Below, piece by piece: positions 31,091 through 41,147 of a stretch of DNA of 64,000 bases. This stretch comes from Longimicrobiales bacterium. GTDB lineage: Bacteria; Gemmatimonadota; Gemmatimonadetes; Longimicrobiales; Gaopeijiaceae. The notes beneath the pieces are model-generated. The model ran no database searches. It was not told the DNA's origin and saw only the letters and a program-made list of their open reading frames with translations. Location: positions 3,168,001 through 3,232,000 of the forward strand of contig OZ250165.1 in the NCBI GenBank assembly GCA_965238005.1, read 5' to 3'. A program made the position numbers and the translations under genes. Each line of letters opens with the position of its first letter. Position 1 is the stretch's first letter.

Positions 31091-31762
31091 ATGAGCGACG
31101 TGGACTACACCTACTACGGCTTCCGGCGCTGCGTCGGGGCGTTTTTCGAAACGCCAACCACGGATGCGCGCAAGCTGCTCCCTGCGCACCTGGAGCCGCT
31201 CGAGATGCAGCACGAGCGCAGCATCCTCTCGCTGACTGCGTTCCAGTTCCACGAGAGTGAGGTGGGTGGGTACGAAGAGATCGTCCTTGCGGTGATCGTC
31301 CCTCCGATGGTCGAGCCGGGGAAGCCGCTCCCCAAGGCGGCGTTCTACCCGTTCGTGGTCGGCACCTCCACCGAAGCGTCGCGGCTGCACGCCATGGAGC
31401 GCTGGCACCTCCCTCACTACATGAGGGACCTGGAGATCAGGTTCACGGAGACCGACGAGGGCATGGAGGTCAACGTGCTCGACGGTGCCGATCCGGTTCT
31501 GGACCTCCTCGTGACCCAGCACTCGTACGAGCCGTCGAAGAACCTCTACAACGCGTTCACGGTCGAGGGCGACAAGCGGTTCAAGGCCAACATCTACATG
31601 GAAGCCCCGCACTCTGAGCACGAAGAGGAGCGCGGCTCGCTCACGCTGTACGAGCACCCGATGACGGAAGGCCTTACGATCGACGACGTAAACACGTATC
31701 CGTTCCGTGAGCAGTGGTACCAGGAGGGGCTCCAGACCTTCGAGCCCCTGGAGACTCTCTGA
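31091..31762 (+). CDS. Acetoacetate decarboxylase-like family protein
   Basis: ARKLLPAHLEP, ESEVGGYEEIVLA and AMERWHLP motifs. Confidence 0.7.
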   Translation: MSDVDYTYYGFRRCVGAFFETPTTDARKLLPAHLEPLEMQHERSILSLTAFQFHESEVGGYEEIVLAVIVPPMVEPGKPLPKAAFYPFVVGTSTEASRLHAMERWHLPHYMRDLEIRFTETDEGMEVNVLDGADPVLDLLVTQHSYEPSKNLYNAFTVEGDKRFKANIYMEAPHSEHEEERGSLTLYEHPMTEGLTIDDVNTYPFREQWYQEGLQTFEPLETL

Positions 31763-31848
31763 CGGCGCGCCACCTCCTGGCCTCACGTGCGCAGGCGCCC
31801 TGTGCGCGACCCACTGTACCTCTTCAACTGTACCTCTTCAACAACCTT

Positions 31849-32637
31849 CTAGGGCGCGGCGAAGCACGGGAGGCTCTCGATGACCTCCTCTGTTGCGGGG
31901 TGCTTCGGCCCCACGGCCAGGAGCTCGTGGTCGGCACCCCAATGGAGTGACGGGTTTGCCAGGTGCTCTGCCAAAGCGGTCGACTCGTAGAGCCGGTATC
32001 CACGCTCCGATAGCACGGCATGACACTCGTCGTAGCAGGAACGTCCGTGGATCGAGATGAACAGCAGCGTCTCTTCCGAAAGTAGGTCACCGGCGCCTCG
32101 CAGCACCGCCGCCTCACTTCCCTCTACGTCGATCTTCAGGATGTCCGGTGTCGACAGACCCTCCTCGACCTTCAGACTCTGCAGCGTGGCCACGCGCACA
32201 CGCTCACTCCCCTGGCCCAGGCGAAAGGTGATGGACGAGCCCCGCCCTCCGAACTGATCGTGGCCGTCCCGGTCACTCACGGCCACCGGGAGAATCCGGA
32301 CGTTGGTGAGCTCGTTCCAGTCGATGTGCGTTCGGAGGAACCAGAGATTCGTCCGGGAGGGCTCGAAGGCCACAACCGATCCGGTGGGACCGACTCGCCG
32401 AGCCAGCGCCATCGCCACATAGCCCTTGTGAGCACCGATATCCCAAACCTGGTCTCCCGGATTCACGAGGGTGTGGAGTGCCTGGATCCGGCCGGCTTCG
32501 AACCGGCCTGCGCGGTAGCCCCGGCCCGAGCTGGCGAGGCTCCATTTGAGACCTTGGTTCGGGCCGGACCTGATTCGGACCGGCATGTGGCGCACCAGCC
32601 TGGCCCCAGCCGCCCTGAGGGAGTAGGGGAGTCTCAT
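31849..32637 (-). CDS. FkbM family methyltransferase
   Basis: WDIGAHKG, VVAFEP and KIDVEGSE motifs. Confidence 0.9.
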   Translation of the reverse strand: MRLPYSLRAAGARLVRHMPVRIRSGPNQGLKWSLASSGRGYRAGRFEAGRIQALHTLVNPGDQVWDIGAHKGYVAMALARRVGPTGSVVAFEPSRTNLWFLRTHIDWNELTNVRILPVAVSDRDGHDQFGGRGSSITFRLGQGSERVRVATLQSLKVEEGLSTPDILKIDVEGSEAAVLRGAGDLLSEETLLFISIHGRSCYDECHAVLSERGYRLYESTALAEHLANPSLHWGADHELLAVGPKHPATEEVIESLPCFAAP

Positions 32638-32661
32638 GGTCCGATCAAGTCAGACTGAGCG

Positions 32662-33396
32662 TTACGACAACCGCTTGGCGATCCAGACCGTCCGGAACAC
32701 TGCCGTGCCTACCGTCCCGACCGCGACGAGCCCGAGGATTCCGGTGAGCAACGTCCCGGGAGCCCAGCCGGCCCATTCGCTCACGGCCGGATCGAGGACG
32801 CCGCCGAACCCGATCAGGAGGAGCCGTTCGGCTCGCTGCATGACACCCAGCTTGCACGCCACGCCGACGCTCTCGCCCCTCGCCCGGGCATAGCTCACCA
32901 ATAGGGATCCGCCCAGCGCGGTGACGGCCAGTGTCAGCGCCAGCGTCGAGTCGCGCAAGAAGACGGCCAGGCCGATGAACGCGCCGACCTCCGCGAAACG
33001 ATCGAGCGTGGCGTCCAGAAAGGCCCCACGCTCGTCCGCCATCCCTCGCGCCCGCGCGACTCGGCCGTCCAGCACGTCCGCCGCGCCGCCCAGGAGCACC
33101 CCCCAGCCCCCGAGGTTCACGTATCCGAGTCCGAAGCACACACCTGCCGCGATGCCGAACGCAGCGCCGAGCAGGTTGAACGCGGTCGGCGAGAGCCTGA
33201 GCGCCCCGGATACGAGCTCGACCGGCCGGATAAACCAGTAGAACCAGCTTCGCACGAAGCTCCCAAGCACGAAGCCCCCCCGGTCCGACACGTCGTGGGG
33301 GTCTTTGGCCTTCCGCCCGGGGCTCAACGCGTAGACGGGCATCGAGCCCACGGCCACGCCGAGGATGAACAGCAGGACGACGAAGTCCGTTCTCAT
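32662..33396 (-). CDS. CDP-alcohol phosphatidyltransferase
   Basis: DVLDGRVARARG..GAFLDATLDR signature; VSYARARGE. Confidence 0.92.
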   Translation of the reverse strand: MRTDFVVLLFILGVAVGSMPVYALSPGRKAKDPHDVSDRGGFVLGSFVRSWFYWFIRPVELVSGALRLSPTAFNLLGAAFGIAAGVCFGLGYVNLGGWGVLLGGAADVLDGRVARARGMADERGAFLDATLDRFAEVGAFIGLAVFLRDSTLALTLAVTALGGSLLVSYARARGESVGVACKLGVMQRAERLLLIGFGGVLDPAVSEWAGWAPGTLLTGILGLVAVGTVGTAVFRTVWIAKRLS

Positions 33397-34391
33397 TTCG
33401 AGATCTCTCGCGGAGGACGGGTCAGGAGGATCTTGATCGCGCGCGGCCACAGGAAGATAAGGGGCAACTTCCGCTCGAGCGTGGTCAGGTGGATGGGGCG
33501 GCCCGTGTGGCGCTCCACCTTCCGCACCACGTACGGCAGCCAGTTGGCGAAGGTCAGGATGTGCTTGAACCAGCGAAGCGTGGCGCGGACCTTCGAGCGC
33601 CGGAAATGGCGACGCCAACGTCGGCGAACATGTGCCGGTGCGGGGTCGGCCAGCACAAACGCCTGGCCCTCCCGGCGCAGGACGCCGTCCTCCTCACCCC
33701 GCGCGAGCACCGCGCCGAACTGCTCCCGAAAATGGCCGTCCTGGGCATGGGAGAGCCGGTCGGGCCGGCCCCGTGACTCGGGCCGGAGCTCGCCCTGGTA
33801 GCAGACCTCGAGCATGCGGCGGCCGAACCCCGCAGCGTCCACGGGCGCGTCGAGGTACGGGACCATCCATTCGAGCACGCGGCCGCGCGCGCCGGCCAGC
33901 TGCGCATCGATCCAGGACTCGTCCTCTGGACTCGCGATCCACACCTTCCCCAGCATCTGGACCATGCGCCCCAGCAGGAAGTGGTCGGGCGGCTCGGATC
34001 CGAGCGCCTTCGTGAGATGATCCCGGCTGACGATCACGCACTTCGCGATACCCTCCCCGCCCTCGTTCGGAGCGAACGCGATGACGTTGGGGGGCAGCAC
34101 ACGTGCCATCTGTGTCATCAGCCATACGGGACGGTGCAACTCTCCAGCGGCGCTGAGCCCCGAGAAGAACGACGCGTAGTCTCCCACCACCACGACGAAG
34201 TCGAAGGCGCTGTGCGGGTCGGGGCTGGCGTCGGTCAGGTGGGATCCGTAGAGGAGGATCACGCGGACCGACGAGCCCATCGTACCCACGAGGGCCGCCG
34301 CCAGCTCACCGGCGCCGGGCCAGGGCAGAGCGGATTGTCCGAGGGGTCGAGCGGAGCCCGTCGAGCCCACGTCCTCGGGCATGTCGCTCAC
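33393..34391 (-). CDS. Nucleotidyltransferase, Tam41/Mmp37-like (putative phosphatidate cytidylyltransferase)
   Basis: LLYGS..DFVVVV pol-beta-type motif, LLGRMVQ, YQGELRPE and YVVRKVERH; translationally coupled between an acyltransferase and a CDP-alcohol transferase. Confidence 0.65.
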   Translation of the reverse strand: MSDMPEDVGSTGSARPLGQSALPWPGAGELAAALVGTMGSSVRVILLYGSHLTDASPDPHSAFDFVVVVGDYASFFSGLSAAGELHRPVWLMTQMARVLPPNVIAFAPNEGGEGIAKCVIVSRDHLTKALGSEPPDHFLLGRMVQMLGKVWIASPEDESWIDAQLAGARGRVLEWMVPYLDAPVDAAGFGRRMLEVCYQGELRPESRGRPDRLSHAQDGHFREQFGAVLARGEEDGVLRREGQAFVLADPAPAHVRRRWRRHFRRSKVRATLRWFKHILTFANWLPYVVRKVERHTGRPIHLTTLERKLPLIFLWPRAIKILLTRPPREISK

Positions 34392-35158
34392 GCGACCGGC
34401 GCTCCGGCGCGCATGTCGGCGAGTGTCCGGACCATCATCTCACGTACTTGGTCGATGAACGGCCACTCATCGGCCTCCGGATCCGTCCAGTTCAGGACGC
34501 CGGCCAGCTCCACGCGTCCCCGGAGCTTTGAGACCCCTCCGACGAAGTCCTTGAACTTCGCCACATGCCAGAAGCCGTCGGCGACCAGGACGTATACCCT
34601 CCACGGCCGGGCCCTCAGGATCACTCTCATTCCAGAGGCCCTGAACTTCCCGATCTCGCCGTCCTTCGTGCGCGTTCCTTCGGGGAAGAGCGCCAGCGGC
34701 ACCTCGGAGGTACGGGCCGCTTCGCGCAGCTCCTCAAGGGCTGTCCGCATCTCCGAGGGCGTTCCCCTGGGGTTCACCGTCGGATATTGATAGAGCCTCG
34801 TCATATGCGAGATTTGCGGGATCCACCTGGTGTATCGCATCCGGGTTACGATCCGGGGGTGTCCGGGCCATACGGACTGCACGACCATCGGGATGTCGAA
34901 CATCGACTGGTGGTTCATGAGGATGAGGACCCCAGGCTCGAAGGGGATCTTCGGGGGGACCGGAAGTTGCGCCCCGCCGATGACCGACACGGGCCGCGTG
35001 ACCAGCCAGGCCATGGTATGTATCCACCGGCTGAGGATCGCAATCCGACGCGAGGGCCGAAGCCAGGTCCACGGTGCGATGACCAACCGTTGGGCCAGGT
35101 CGGCTGCGAGGAGGCAGAGGCACACGAATGCCACGGCCAGATATCCTCTGAGTTTCAC
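34388..35158 (-). CDS. Lysophospholipid acyltransferase (PlsC-like)
   Basis: NHQSMFD (HxxxxD) and LFPEGTRT motifs. Confidence 0.9.
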   Translation of the reverse strand: MKLRGYLAVAFVCLCLLAADLAQRLVIAPWTWLRPSRRIAILSRWIHTMAWLVTRPVSVIGGAQLPVPPKIPFEPGVLILMNHQSMFDIPMVVQSVWPGHPRIVTRMRYTRWIPQISHMTRLYQYPTVNPRGTPSEMRTALEELREAARTSEVPLALFPEGTRTKDGEIGKFRASGMRVILRARPWRVYVLVADGFWHVAKFKDFVGGVSKLRGRVELAGVLNWTDPEADEWPFIDQVREMMVRTLADMRAGAPVA

Positions 35159-35231
35159 GCGGGGCGCCTCCGTCGCGACGGGGGGATCCGGTTCTGGACC
35201 TCCCTCTGATACTCATCGCGCCCCTGCGCGC

Positions 35232-35782
35232 TCAGCGCCCGGGCGTCATGATGTGGGCGGTGATCGTGCCGGCGCTCATGATCCACGCCCACCTGCACTG
35301 GAGTTGTCCGGGAAGCCGGTGGATTCGGTGGTGGCGCCCGGCACGGCGATGGTCGTGTGGATGCGCGCACTCTCCTGATCGGGGCCGTTCATGGCGATCC
35401 ACAAGGACCCATACTCGGGCAGCACCCGTGTGCCGTCCTCCTCGGCGGCTGTCAGCATAGCGCGCATCTCGTCGCCATTCTCGCTCTCCGCCTCGAACCG
35501 CCGGTTTCGCGCGAGTCTGTCCAGGTTCGCCACACTCGTGCACTGTACGGCGAACGGCTGGCGGTCGGGCTCACCGGACCGGTCGTAGCAGACCAGCCGG
35601 TTCGTGCCCTCCTTGAGGGTCTCGTAGGTGTGGTCGGCGTTCCACTTGATGACCGCCGCACCGTCACGGGCCCTTGTCGGCGCCGCCGCCAGCGCGCGAT
35701 CGATCGTTTCCGCCACAGTTTGCGCGTTCGCGCTGGCCGAGACCGACAGCAGGCCGGCGACAACGAGGATGATGCGCTTTAT
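35232..35782 (-). pseudogene. Secreted hypothetical protein with an ATA start and a C-terminal frameshift
   Basis: GGAGG RBS followed by ATA-KRIILVVAGLLSVSASANAQ; C-terminus GAWIMSAGTITAHIMTPGR* is one base out of frame near 35290. Confidence 0.7.
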
Positions 35783-35950
35783 TGGGTGACCTCCATTCGA
35801 CTCATTGGCACACACCCGAGACCGGTCACTCCCACCATGCCTAGGGGGGCTACACATTAGGCAGGACGCTTCCTGTTGGCGAGTGTCGCATCGGCTGGAG
35901 GCAGGGAGTAGAAGCTCCGCGCTACCCGTCGGGGGGTTCGTCGGAGCGCC

Positions 35951-38656
35951 CTATCCCTCCCGCAGGGTGATCGCCGGATCCACGCTGGCCGCTCGCCACG
36001 CGGGTACGAAGCTCGCGACGCCGGCCACCAGCAAGGCCGTGAGTGGCATCGCGACGAACACGCCTGCGTCCAGCGCGCTCACGCCGTAGAGCAGTGACTC
36101 GAGGAACCGGGTTACACCGCCAGCGAGGAGGAGCCCAAAAACCGATCCTGCGACGGCCAGACTGAGGCCCTGTCGCACCACCATGCGGACCACGTCGCGC
36201 CGGGTCGCCCCCAGGGCCATGCGCACACCGACCTCGCGGGTCCGCTGGGCGACGAGGAACGACATGACGGCGTAGAGCCCCACGGACGCCAGCAGCAGCC
36301 CGAGCCCGCCGGCGATCGAAAGCAGCCACGAGGCGATCCGCTGAGGCAGGAGCGTACTCGCGATGGCCTCGTTCATGGTCCGGAGCGACGAGATCGGCAG
36401 CCGGGAGTTCATCGCCAGGACCTCGGACCGGATCGGCCCCAGGAGATCCTCGGCGTGATCCGGGGCCGTGGGCGCGATGAGCGTTTGCGCGGCCGAGGGA
36501 TTCTGCGCCAAGGGAGTGAAGAACGCCTCACGCGTCTCCTCGCTGAGCGTGCGGTAGGAGGCGTTGGCGGCAAGGCCCACGACCTGCGCATCGTTGCCGC
36601 CCAAGGTCACCAGCTTACCCAACGGGTCTTCACCCGGCCAGAAGTGTTGTGCGAACGCCTCGTTGACGATCACCGCAGGTGCACCGTCGGCCCTGTCCTC
36701 GGCCGTGAACTCCCGTCCGGAGCGGAGGGGGCTCTGCAGCGTGGCGAAATACCCTGGACTCACCGTGAAGAACTGGTACTCCATGTCCTCGCCCTCGAGC
36801 GGCGTGTAGTCCGGGATGCCGACCCCCCTGCGCCGGCCCGCGGCGATCGTCAGAGGCAGAGCGTCGGCCAGAGCCGTGGACTCCACTCCCGGCAGCGCCG
36901 CGACCCGCTCGTTCAGCTGCGCGAAGAAGAGCTCGGCCTCCTCCAGGCTGAAGCCCTCGCGAGCCAGGCTGAGCGCGACCGTCGAAAGCCCGTCCGGCTC
37001 GAAGCCGACGTCCACCCGCATGGCGGACTGTAGGCTCTTGAGAAAAAGGCCCGCGCCCACCAGAAGGACCAGCGAGGCCGAGATCTGGGCCACCACCAGC
37101 AGGTTCTTGAGGCTGAACGAGTGGCGTGCCGTGCCCGCTCCATCGCCGCCCTCCTTGAGGTCGGTCACCAGGTCGGGGCGTGAGGCACGAAGGGCGGGAA
37201 GCAGTCCGACCGCCACCACAGTGACCATCGTCACGCCGATGCTGAACAACAGCACCGCACCGTCGACTCCGAGGTCCAGCGAAATCGAGATGCCGGTTGC
37301 GGGACGATAGGACTCGGCGAATCGCACACCGGCATGGGTCAGGCCCGCACCCGCCAGTCCACCTACCACTCCAATGATCCCGCTCTCCGCCAGCAACTGC
37401 CTGATGATGCGGACCCGGCCGGCGCCGAGCGAAAGGCGCACGGCCAGCTCGCGGTTGCGGCGGGAAGCCCGTGCGAGCGTCAGGTTCGCGACGTTGGCGC
37501 ACCCGAGCAGCAGAACGATCCCCGTGACCGCCATCAGAAACGCCGCAAAGCCGTTCGCCGCCGTCTGCACCTGCGGAGGCAGACGCGAGTCCTTTACGAC
37601 GGTGACGCGGCGTCCCTGCTCGCGCACGTCCGTCCAGGATCCGGGGTCTTCCTCGAGAAGCTGAGCAGCCACGACACTGAGCTGGGCCTGGACGGCTTCG
37701 AGGCTCACGCCCTCGCGCAGGCGCGCGCGCACCAGAGAGCCGCGGCGACCTCTACGTTGGAAGGACGCATCCCCCTGCATCAGCGCCTGCGTCGAGACCG
37801 GAATCCAGAAGTAGGGCGTGACCAGCGGGAGAGACCCCATGAACCCCTCGGGAGCGACACCGACGATCGTGACCGTCTGCCCCGACAGTCGTAGAGTGCG
37901 ACCCAACACCTGCGGGTCGGAGCCGAGCGCACGCTCCCAGAGACCCTCGCTGATGACCGCGACCGAGGCCCCGGACGAATAGTCCCCCTCTTGTTCCGTG
38001 AACCAACGGCCGAGACGAGGTCTCACGCCGAGAACGTCGAAGTAGTTGCCGCTCACGAACTCGGCCAGCCGGATCTGCGTGACACCATCCTCGCCCGTCA
38101 TGTTCACCACGCCGGGGCTGACGGCGAGCGCGTCCTCGATTCCGGGAGGACGGTCCCGGTAGTCCTCGTAATCCATGTAGGACGACGTACCGAAGGGCGG
38201 GCCCGAAAAGTCCGACGTCCAGATCGTGACGAGCTCGTCCGGGTTCACGATGTGCTCGGGCGCGCGCAGGAGGACGCCGTTGATCAGGCTGAAGATCGCC
38301 GTGTTGGCGCCGATGCCGAGAGCCAAAGTGAGCACCCCGACCACCGTGAATCCCCGCGCCTTCGAAAGCGAGCGCAGCGCAAAGCCTAGGTCCTGGACTA
38401 TCCCCTCCATCAGATTCCCCCTCGAGTTCGTTCTCTCCCTATCCAGACGCACCGACCGGAGCCGCATCGCCAGTTCCAAGACATCCGCGAAGCCACGGAA
38501 CCAGCCGAAGATCCACACCGGCACCCCGCGTCGCCGATGGACTCCGAGGGCTTCGAAGAACAGCACCTCCATCTCGGCCCCGTGCTTGGCCCGAAACTCG
38601 GGCGGCAGGAGTCGGAGGAGGAGTCGGTAGGCCGAACGGCCCAACCCGTGGATCAT
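35951..38656 (-). CDS. Duplicated MacB/FtsX-type ABC permease (ADOP-like)
   Basis: LALGIGANTAIFS, CANVANL, RELAVRLSLGA, QRTREVGVRMALGA and VDPAITLR motifs; coupled to PadR. Confidence 0.92.
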   Translation of the reverse strand: MIHGLGRSAYRLLLRLLPPEFRAKHGAEMEVLFFEALGVHRRRGVPVWIFGWFRGFADVLELAMRLRSVRLDRERTNSRGNLMEGIVQDLGFALRSLSKARGFTVVGVLTLALGIGANTAIFSLINGVLLRAPEHIVNPDELVTIWTSDFSGPPFGTSSYMDYEDYRDRPPGIEDALAVSPGVVNMTGEDGVTQIRLAEFVSGNYFDVLGVRPRLGRWFTEQEGDYSSGASVAVISEGLWERALGSDPQVLGRTLRLSGQTVTIVGVAPEGFMGSLPLVTPYFWIPVSTQALMQGDASFQRRGRRGSLVRARLREGVSLEAVQAQLSVVAAQLLEEDPGSWTDVREQGRRVTVVKDSRLPPQVQTAANGFAAFLMAVTGIVLLLGCANVANLTLARASRRNRELAVRLSLGAGRVRIIRQLLAESGIIGVVGGLAGAGLTHAGVRFAESYRPATGISISLDLGVDGAVLLFSIGVTMVTVVAVGLLPALRASRPDLVTDLKEGGDGAGTARHSFSLKNLLVVAQISASLVLLVGAGLFLKSLQSAMRVDVGFEPDGLSTVALSLAREGFSLEEAELFFAQLNERVAALPGVESTALADALPLTIAAGRRRGVGIPDYTPLEGEDMEYQFFTVSPGYFATLQSPLRSGREFTAEDRADGAPAVIVNEAFAQHFWPGEDPLGKLVTLGGNDAQVVGLAANASYRTLSEETREAFFTPLAQNPSAAQTLIAPTAPDHAEDLLGPIRSEVLAMNSRLPISSLRTMNEAIASTLLPQRIASWLLSIAGGLGLLLASVGLYAVMSFLVAQRTREVGVRMALGATRRDVVRMVVRQGLSLAVAGSVFGLLLAGGVTRFLESLLYGVSALDAGVFVAMPLTALLVAGVASFVPAWRAASVDPAITLREG

Positions 38657-39033
38657 GTGGCCGCTTCGCCCGAGGTCACCCTCTCCAGCGCCACGCTGGC
38701 GAGCGACTGAAGTCGGTTGGCTTCGGCGGCCAGGATGCGAGCCCCCGACGGCGTGATACGGTAGAAGCGCTTCTTCTCGCTCTCGCCCTTGGGCCGCTCA
38801 GCGGGTTCGGTCAGCTCCGAGATCCAACCCTTGGCCGCGACATCCTCCAGCGAGCCGTACAGCGTGGCAGGCCAAAGGCGCAGCTTGCCGTCCGTCTGCT
38901 CGAGCACCGCGCGCACGATTCCCGAGCCGTGACGTGCCTTTTCGGAAAGGGCGAGGAGGATATGGAACCACTGTGGCTTCAGGGGCAGCGAGTCCTCGAT
39001 CCGCCCTCCGTCGCGTCGGTCATTGTGTTCCAC
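38653..39033 (-). CDS. PadR family transcriptional regulator
   Basis: FHILLAL..RHG, LWPATLYGSL and KRFYRIT motifs; GGAG RBS with GTG start. Confidence 0.9.
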   Translation of the reverse strand: MEHNDRRDGGRIEDSLPLKPQWFHILLALSEKARHGSGIVRAVLEQTDGKLRLWPATLYGSLEDVAAKGWISELTEPAERPKGESEKKRFYRITPSGARILAAEANRLQSLASVALERVTSGEAAT

Positions 39034-39051
39034 GGCATGTTTCTCCGTATG

Positions 39052-39065
39052 ATACTGTACAGTAT
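39052..39065. promoter_or_regulatory. Perfect 14-bp palindrome, probable PadR operator
   Basis: ATACTGTACAGTAT in an AT-rich patch just upstream of the padR RBS. Confidence 0.6.
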
Positions 39066-39204
39066 TATATGGAACAGTATAACATGGGCGGGGCAAGGGG
39101 TGCTCAACTTGCCATTCCCCTGCCAATTCGCTCGATTACGGAGCCTCGTACGCCATACTCGTCATTTCGGTCGCGCTCGTTCCTCTTGCCAACGGAGGCC
39201 CAAC

Positions 39205-40362
39205 ATGAGAGGAGCCGCCCCCCCAGTCCGCCTCCGGCTAATCGCCGTACTCTTCCTGGTGCTTTTCTGGGCTGCCTGTTCGGACCAGGCGTCCGGTCCC
39301 GCCGCCCCCGACGGCCCCACCGCCCCGGCGGTGACACAACTGGAGATCGAGCGGCAGCTGCCGAGCGCGCTCAGCCTCCAGGGTCGACTCACAAACGACC
39401 TCCTGGCTTTGCCCGGGGTGGCAGGCACCGCCGTCGCGCTCGGCGAGGACGGACTTCCCACTGTCGTTGCCCTCGTGGAGCACGGCGGCGTGCGCGTGAT
39501 CGTCACCGGCAAGTTTAGCGCGCTCGACTGGCAGGCGCAGCCGCAGGGGAAGCCCGTCTGCGGCAAGGGGAAGCTGCCGGACTGTGACCCAGGAGACCCC
39601 CCCGACGACCCCAACCCGGACCCGCCCCCGACCGCACGCTTTGACCGTCCGGTGCCCATCGGCATCTCGACCGGGCATCCCGACATTACGGCCGGGACCA
39701 TCGGCGCGCGCGTCACGGACGGAACCGACGTTTGGGCCCTGAGCAACAACCACGTGTACGCCGACCCCCTTGGCGACGCCTCAGAAGGCGACGCGGTCAT
39801 CCAACCCGGCACCTTCGACGGGGGCTCGCTTCCGCTCGACTCAATCGGCACTCTGGACGACTTCGAGGGACTCAACATCTTCGGCGCGTGCAGCACCATC
39901 GATACCAACGATGTCGACAGCACCAACGTCATGGACGCCGCTATCGCGCTCTCGAGCGAGGCCCTGCTGGGCAACGCCACACCGAGCGCCGGGTACGGCA
40001 CGCCCCAGTCAACGACGGTGCCGGTGAACGAGGTGCTCCTCAAAATGAAGGTGAAGAAGTTCGCCCGCACCACCGGTCTGACGAAGGGTCAGGTGGCCGC
40101 GATCAACGCAATCGTGACCGTGGGCTACGGCGCCGCGGGACTCGCTTGCTTCACTGGCCAGATCATCATCAGCCCGGGGACGTTCAGCGCCGGCGGCGAC
40201 TCGGGGGGGCTGGTCGTGGTCGACGGCAAGGGCCGTTCGAGAGGCGACGACCGCAAGCCGGTAGGGCTCCTCTTTGCCGGGTCGTTCACCCATACGATCA
40301 TCAGCCCGATCGATCCGATCCTTTTCGAATTGGGCGATGTGACGATCGACGGGGAAAACTAG
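39205..40362 (+). CDS. Trypsin-fold (Nal1-like) serine protease lipoprotein
   Basis: WAAC lipobox; TAGTIG, LSNNHV, DAAIA, RTTGLT, GDSG and VGLLFAG motifs. Confidence 0.85.
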   Translation: MRGAAPPVRLRLIAVLFLVLFWAACSDQASGPAAPDGPTAPAVTQLEIERQLPSALSLQGRLTNDLLALPGVAGTAVALGEDGLPTVVALVEHGGVRVIVTGKFSALDWQAQPQGKPVCGKGKLPDCDPGDPPDDPNPDPPPTARFDRPVPIGISTGHPDITAGTIGARVTDGTDVWALSNNHVYADPLGDASEGDAVIQPGTFDGGSLPLDSIGTLDDFEGLNIFGACSTIDTNDVDSTNVMDAAIALSSEALLGNATPSAGYGTPQSTTVPVNEVLLKMKVKKFARTTGLTKGQVAAINAIVTVGYGAAGLACFTGQIIISPGTFSAGGDSGGLVVVDGKGRSRGDDRKPVGLLFAGSFTHTIISPIDPILFELGDVTIDGEN

Positions 40363-40390
40363 GCGGGACTCGGGCCCGCTCGGAGCTTCG

Positions 40391-40786
40391 ATGGCCGATC
40401 AGCGGAGGCCCGTAGCCGGGACCCCGTGCCTTACGGCACTGCTCCTTTGGAGCGCCGTATCGTGCGGGGGGCCCGGAGCCGACCCTGCGCCGGCGGGTGA
40501 GTCCTCGGCCGGGGAGGACACGAGCGCGGGCCCCACGGGGGAGGCCATCATGCCGGACAGCACCATCATCGGCGCTCAGGAAGAGCTCACCAAGACGGTG
40601 ATGGCGCTGCCCGGTGTCACCGGGACGGCGGTGGGCCTCTGCGGCGGCACGGTGTGCATCAAGGTCTACCTGACGCGGCCAGACCAGACCGTGATGGAAC
40701 AGATTCCCGAGACCTTCGGGGGGTTCAAGGTCGACGTCGAGGTCTCCGGCGAGATCAGGGCACGCGAGGGCGGAACGTCCCGGTAG
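40391..40786 (+). CDS. Small lipoprotein resembling the protease N-terminal pro-domain
   Basis: AVSC lipobox; MALPGVTGTAVG and VDVEVSGEIRA align with LALPGVAGTAVA and VRVIVTGKFSA of the upstream protease. Confidence 0.75.
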   Translation: MADQRRPVAGTPCLTALLLWSAVSCGGPGADPAPAGESSAGEDTSAGPTGEAIMPDSTIIGAQEELTKTVMALPGVTGTAVGLCGGTVCIKVYLTRPDQTVMEQIPETFGGFKVDVEVSGEIRAREGGTSR

Positions 40787-40917
40787 GGAGCGCTGGTCGG
40801 CATTCCAGTCGCGTATCAATGGGTCGGGCGCCGTGCACCGAGGTCAAGTCATACGTATTCCCGTCCTTTGTCTGGCGATAGTTGTGAAGGGTCGCCCCAA
40901 GGACCATGGGATGGGCA

Positions 40918-40947
40918 TACGTATGACTAGAGTCACGTCGTACGTAT
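40918..40947 (-). promoter_or_regulatory. ATACGTA-N16-ATACGTA operator-like motif, copy 2
   Basis: TACGTAT at 40918 and 40941 on the + strand; a further single box at 40851. Confidence 0.55.
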
Positions 40948-41032
40948 TGGATCGCGGGGCTTCGCGTCGGAGCGCCTTGGACCGTTGAGCGGCATGGCAA
41001 CAGAACGTTGTTTAGGGGTTGCATCGCGCCGC

Positions 41033-41060
41033 ATATTCAAGTATTCTATAGAATTATAGA
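41033..41060. promoter_or_regulatory. AT-rich inverted repeat, candidate ArsR operator/promoter
   Basis: atattcaagtattctatagaattataga, including the palindrome ATTCTATAGAAT, upstream of the ArsR gene. Confidence 0.45.
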
Positions 41061-41147
41061 AACAATAGAGCAGATCCACCTCCACAGGGGCGACGAACCA
41101 TCGAACTGAAAGCCGCGAAGCTCGAGCTGTTCGAGCACTTTGCGCGC

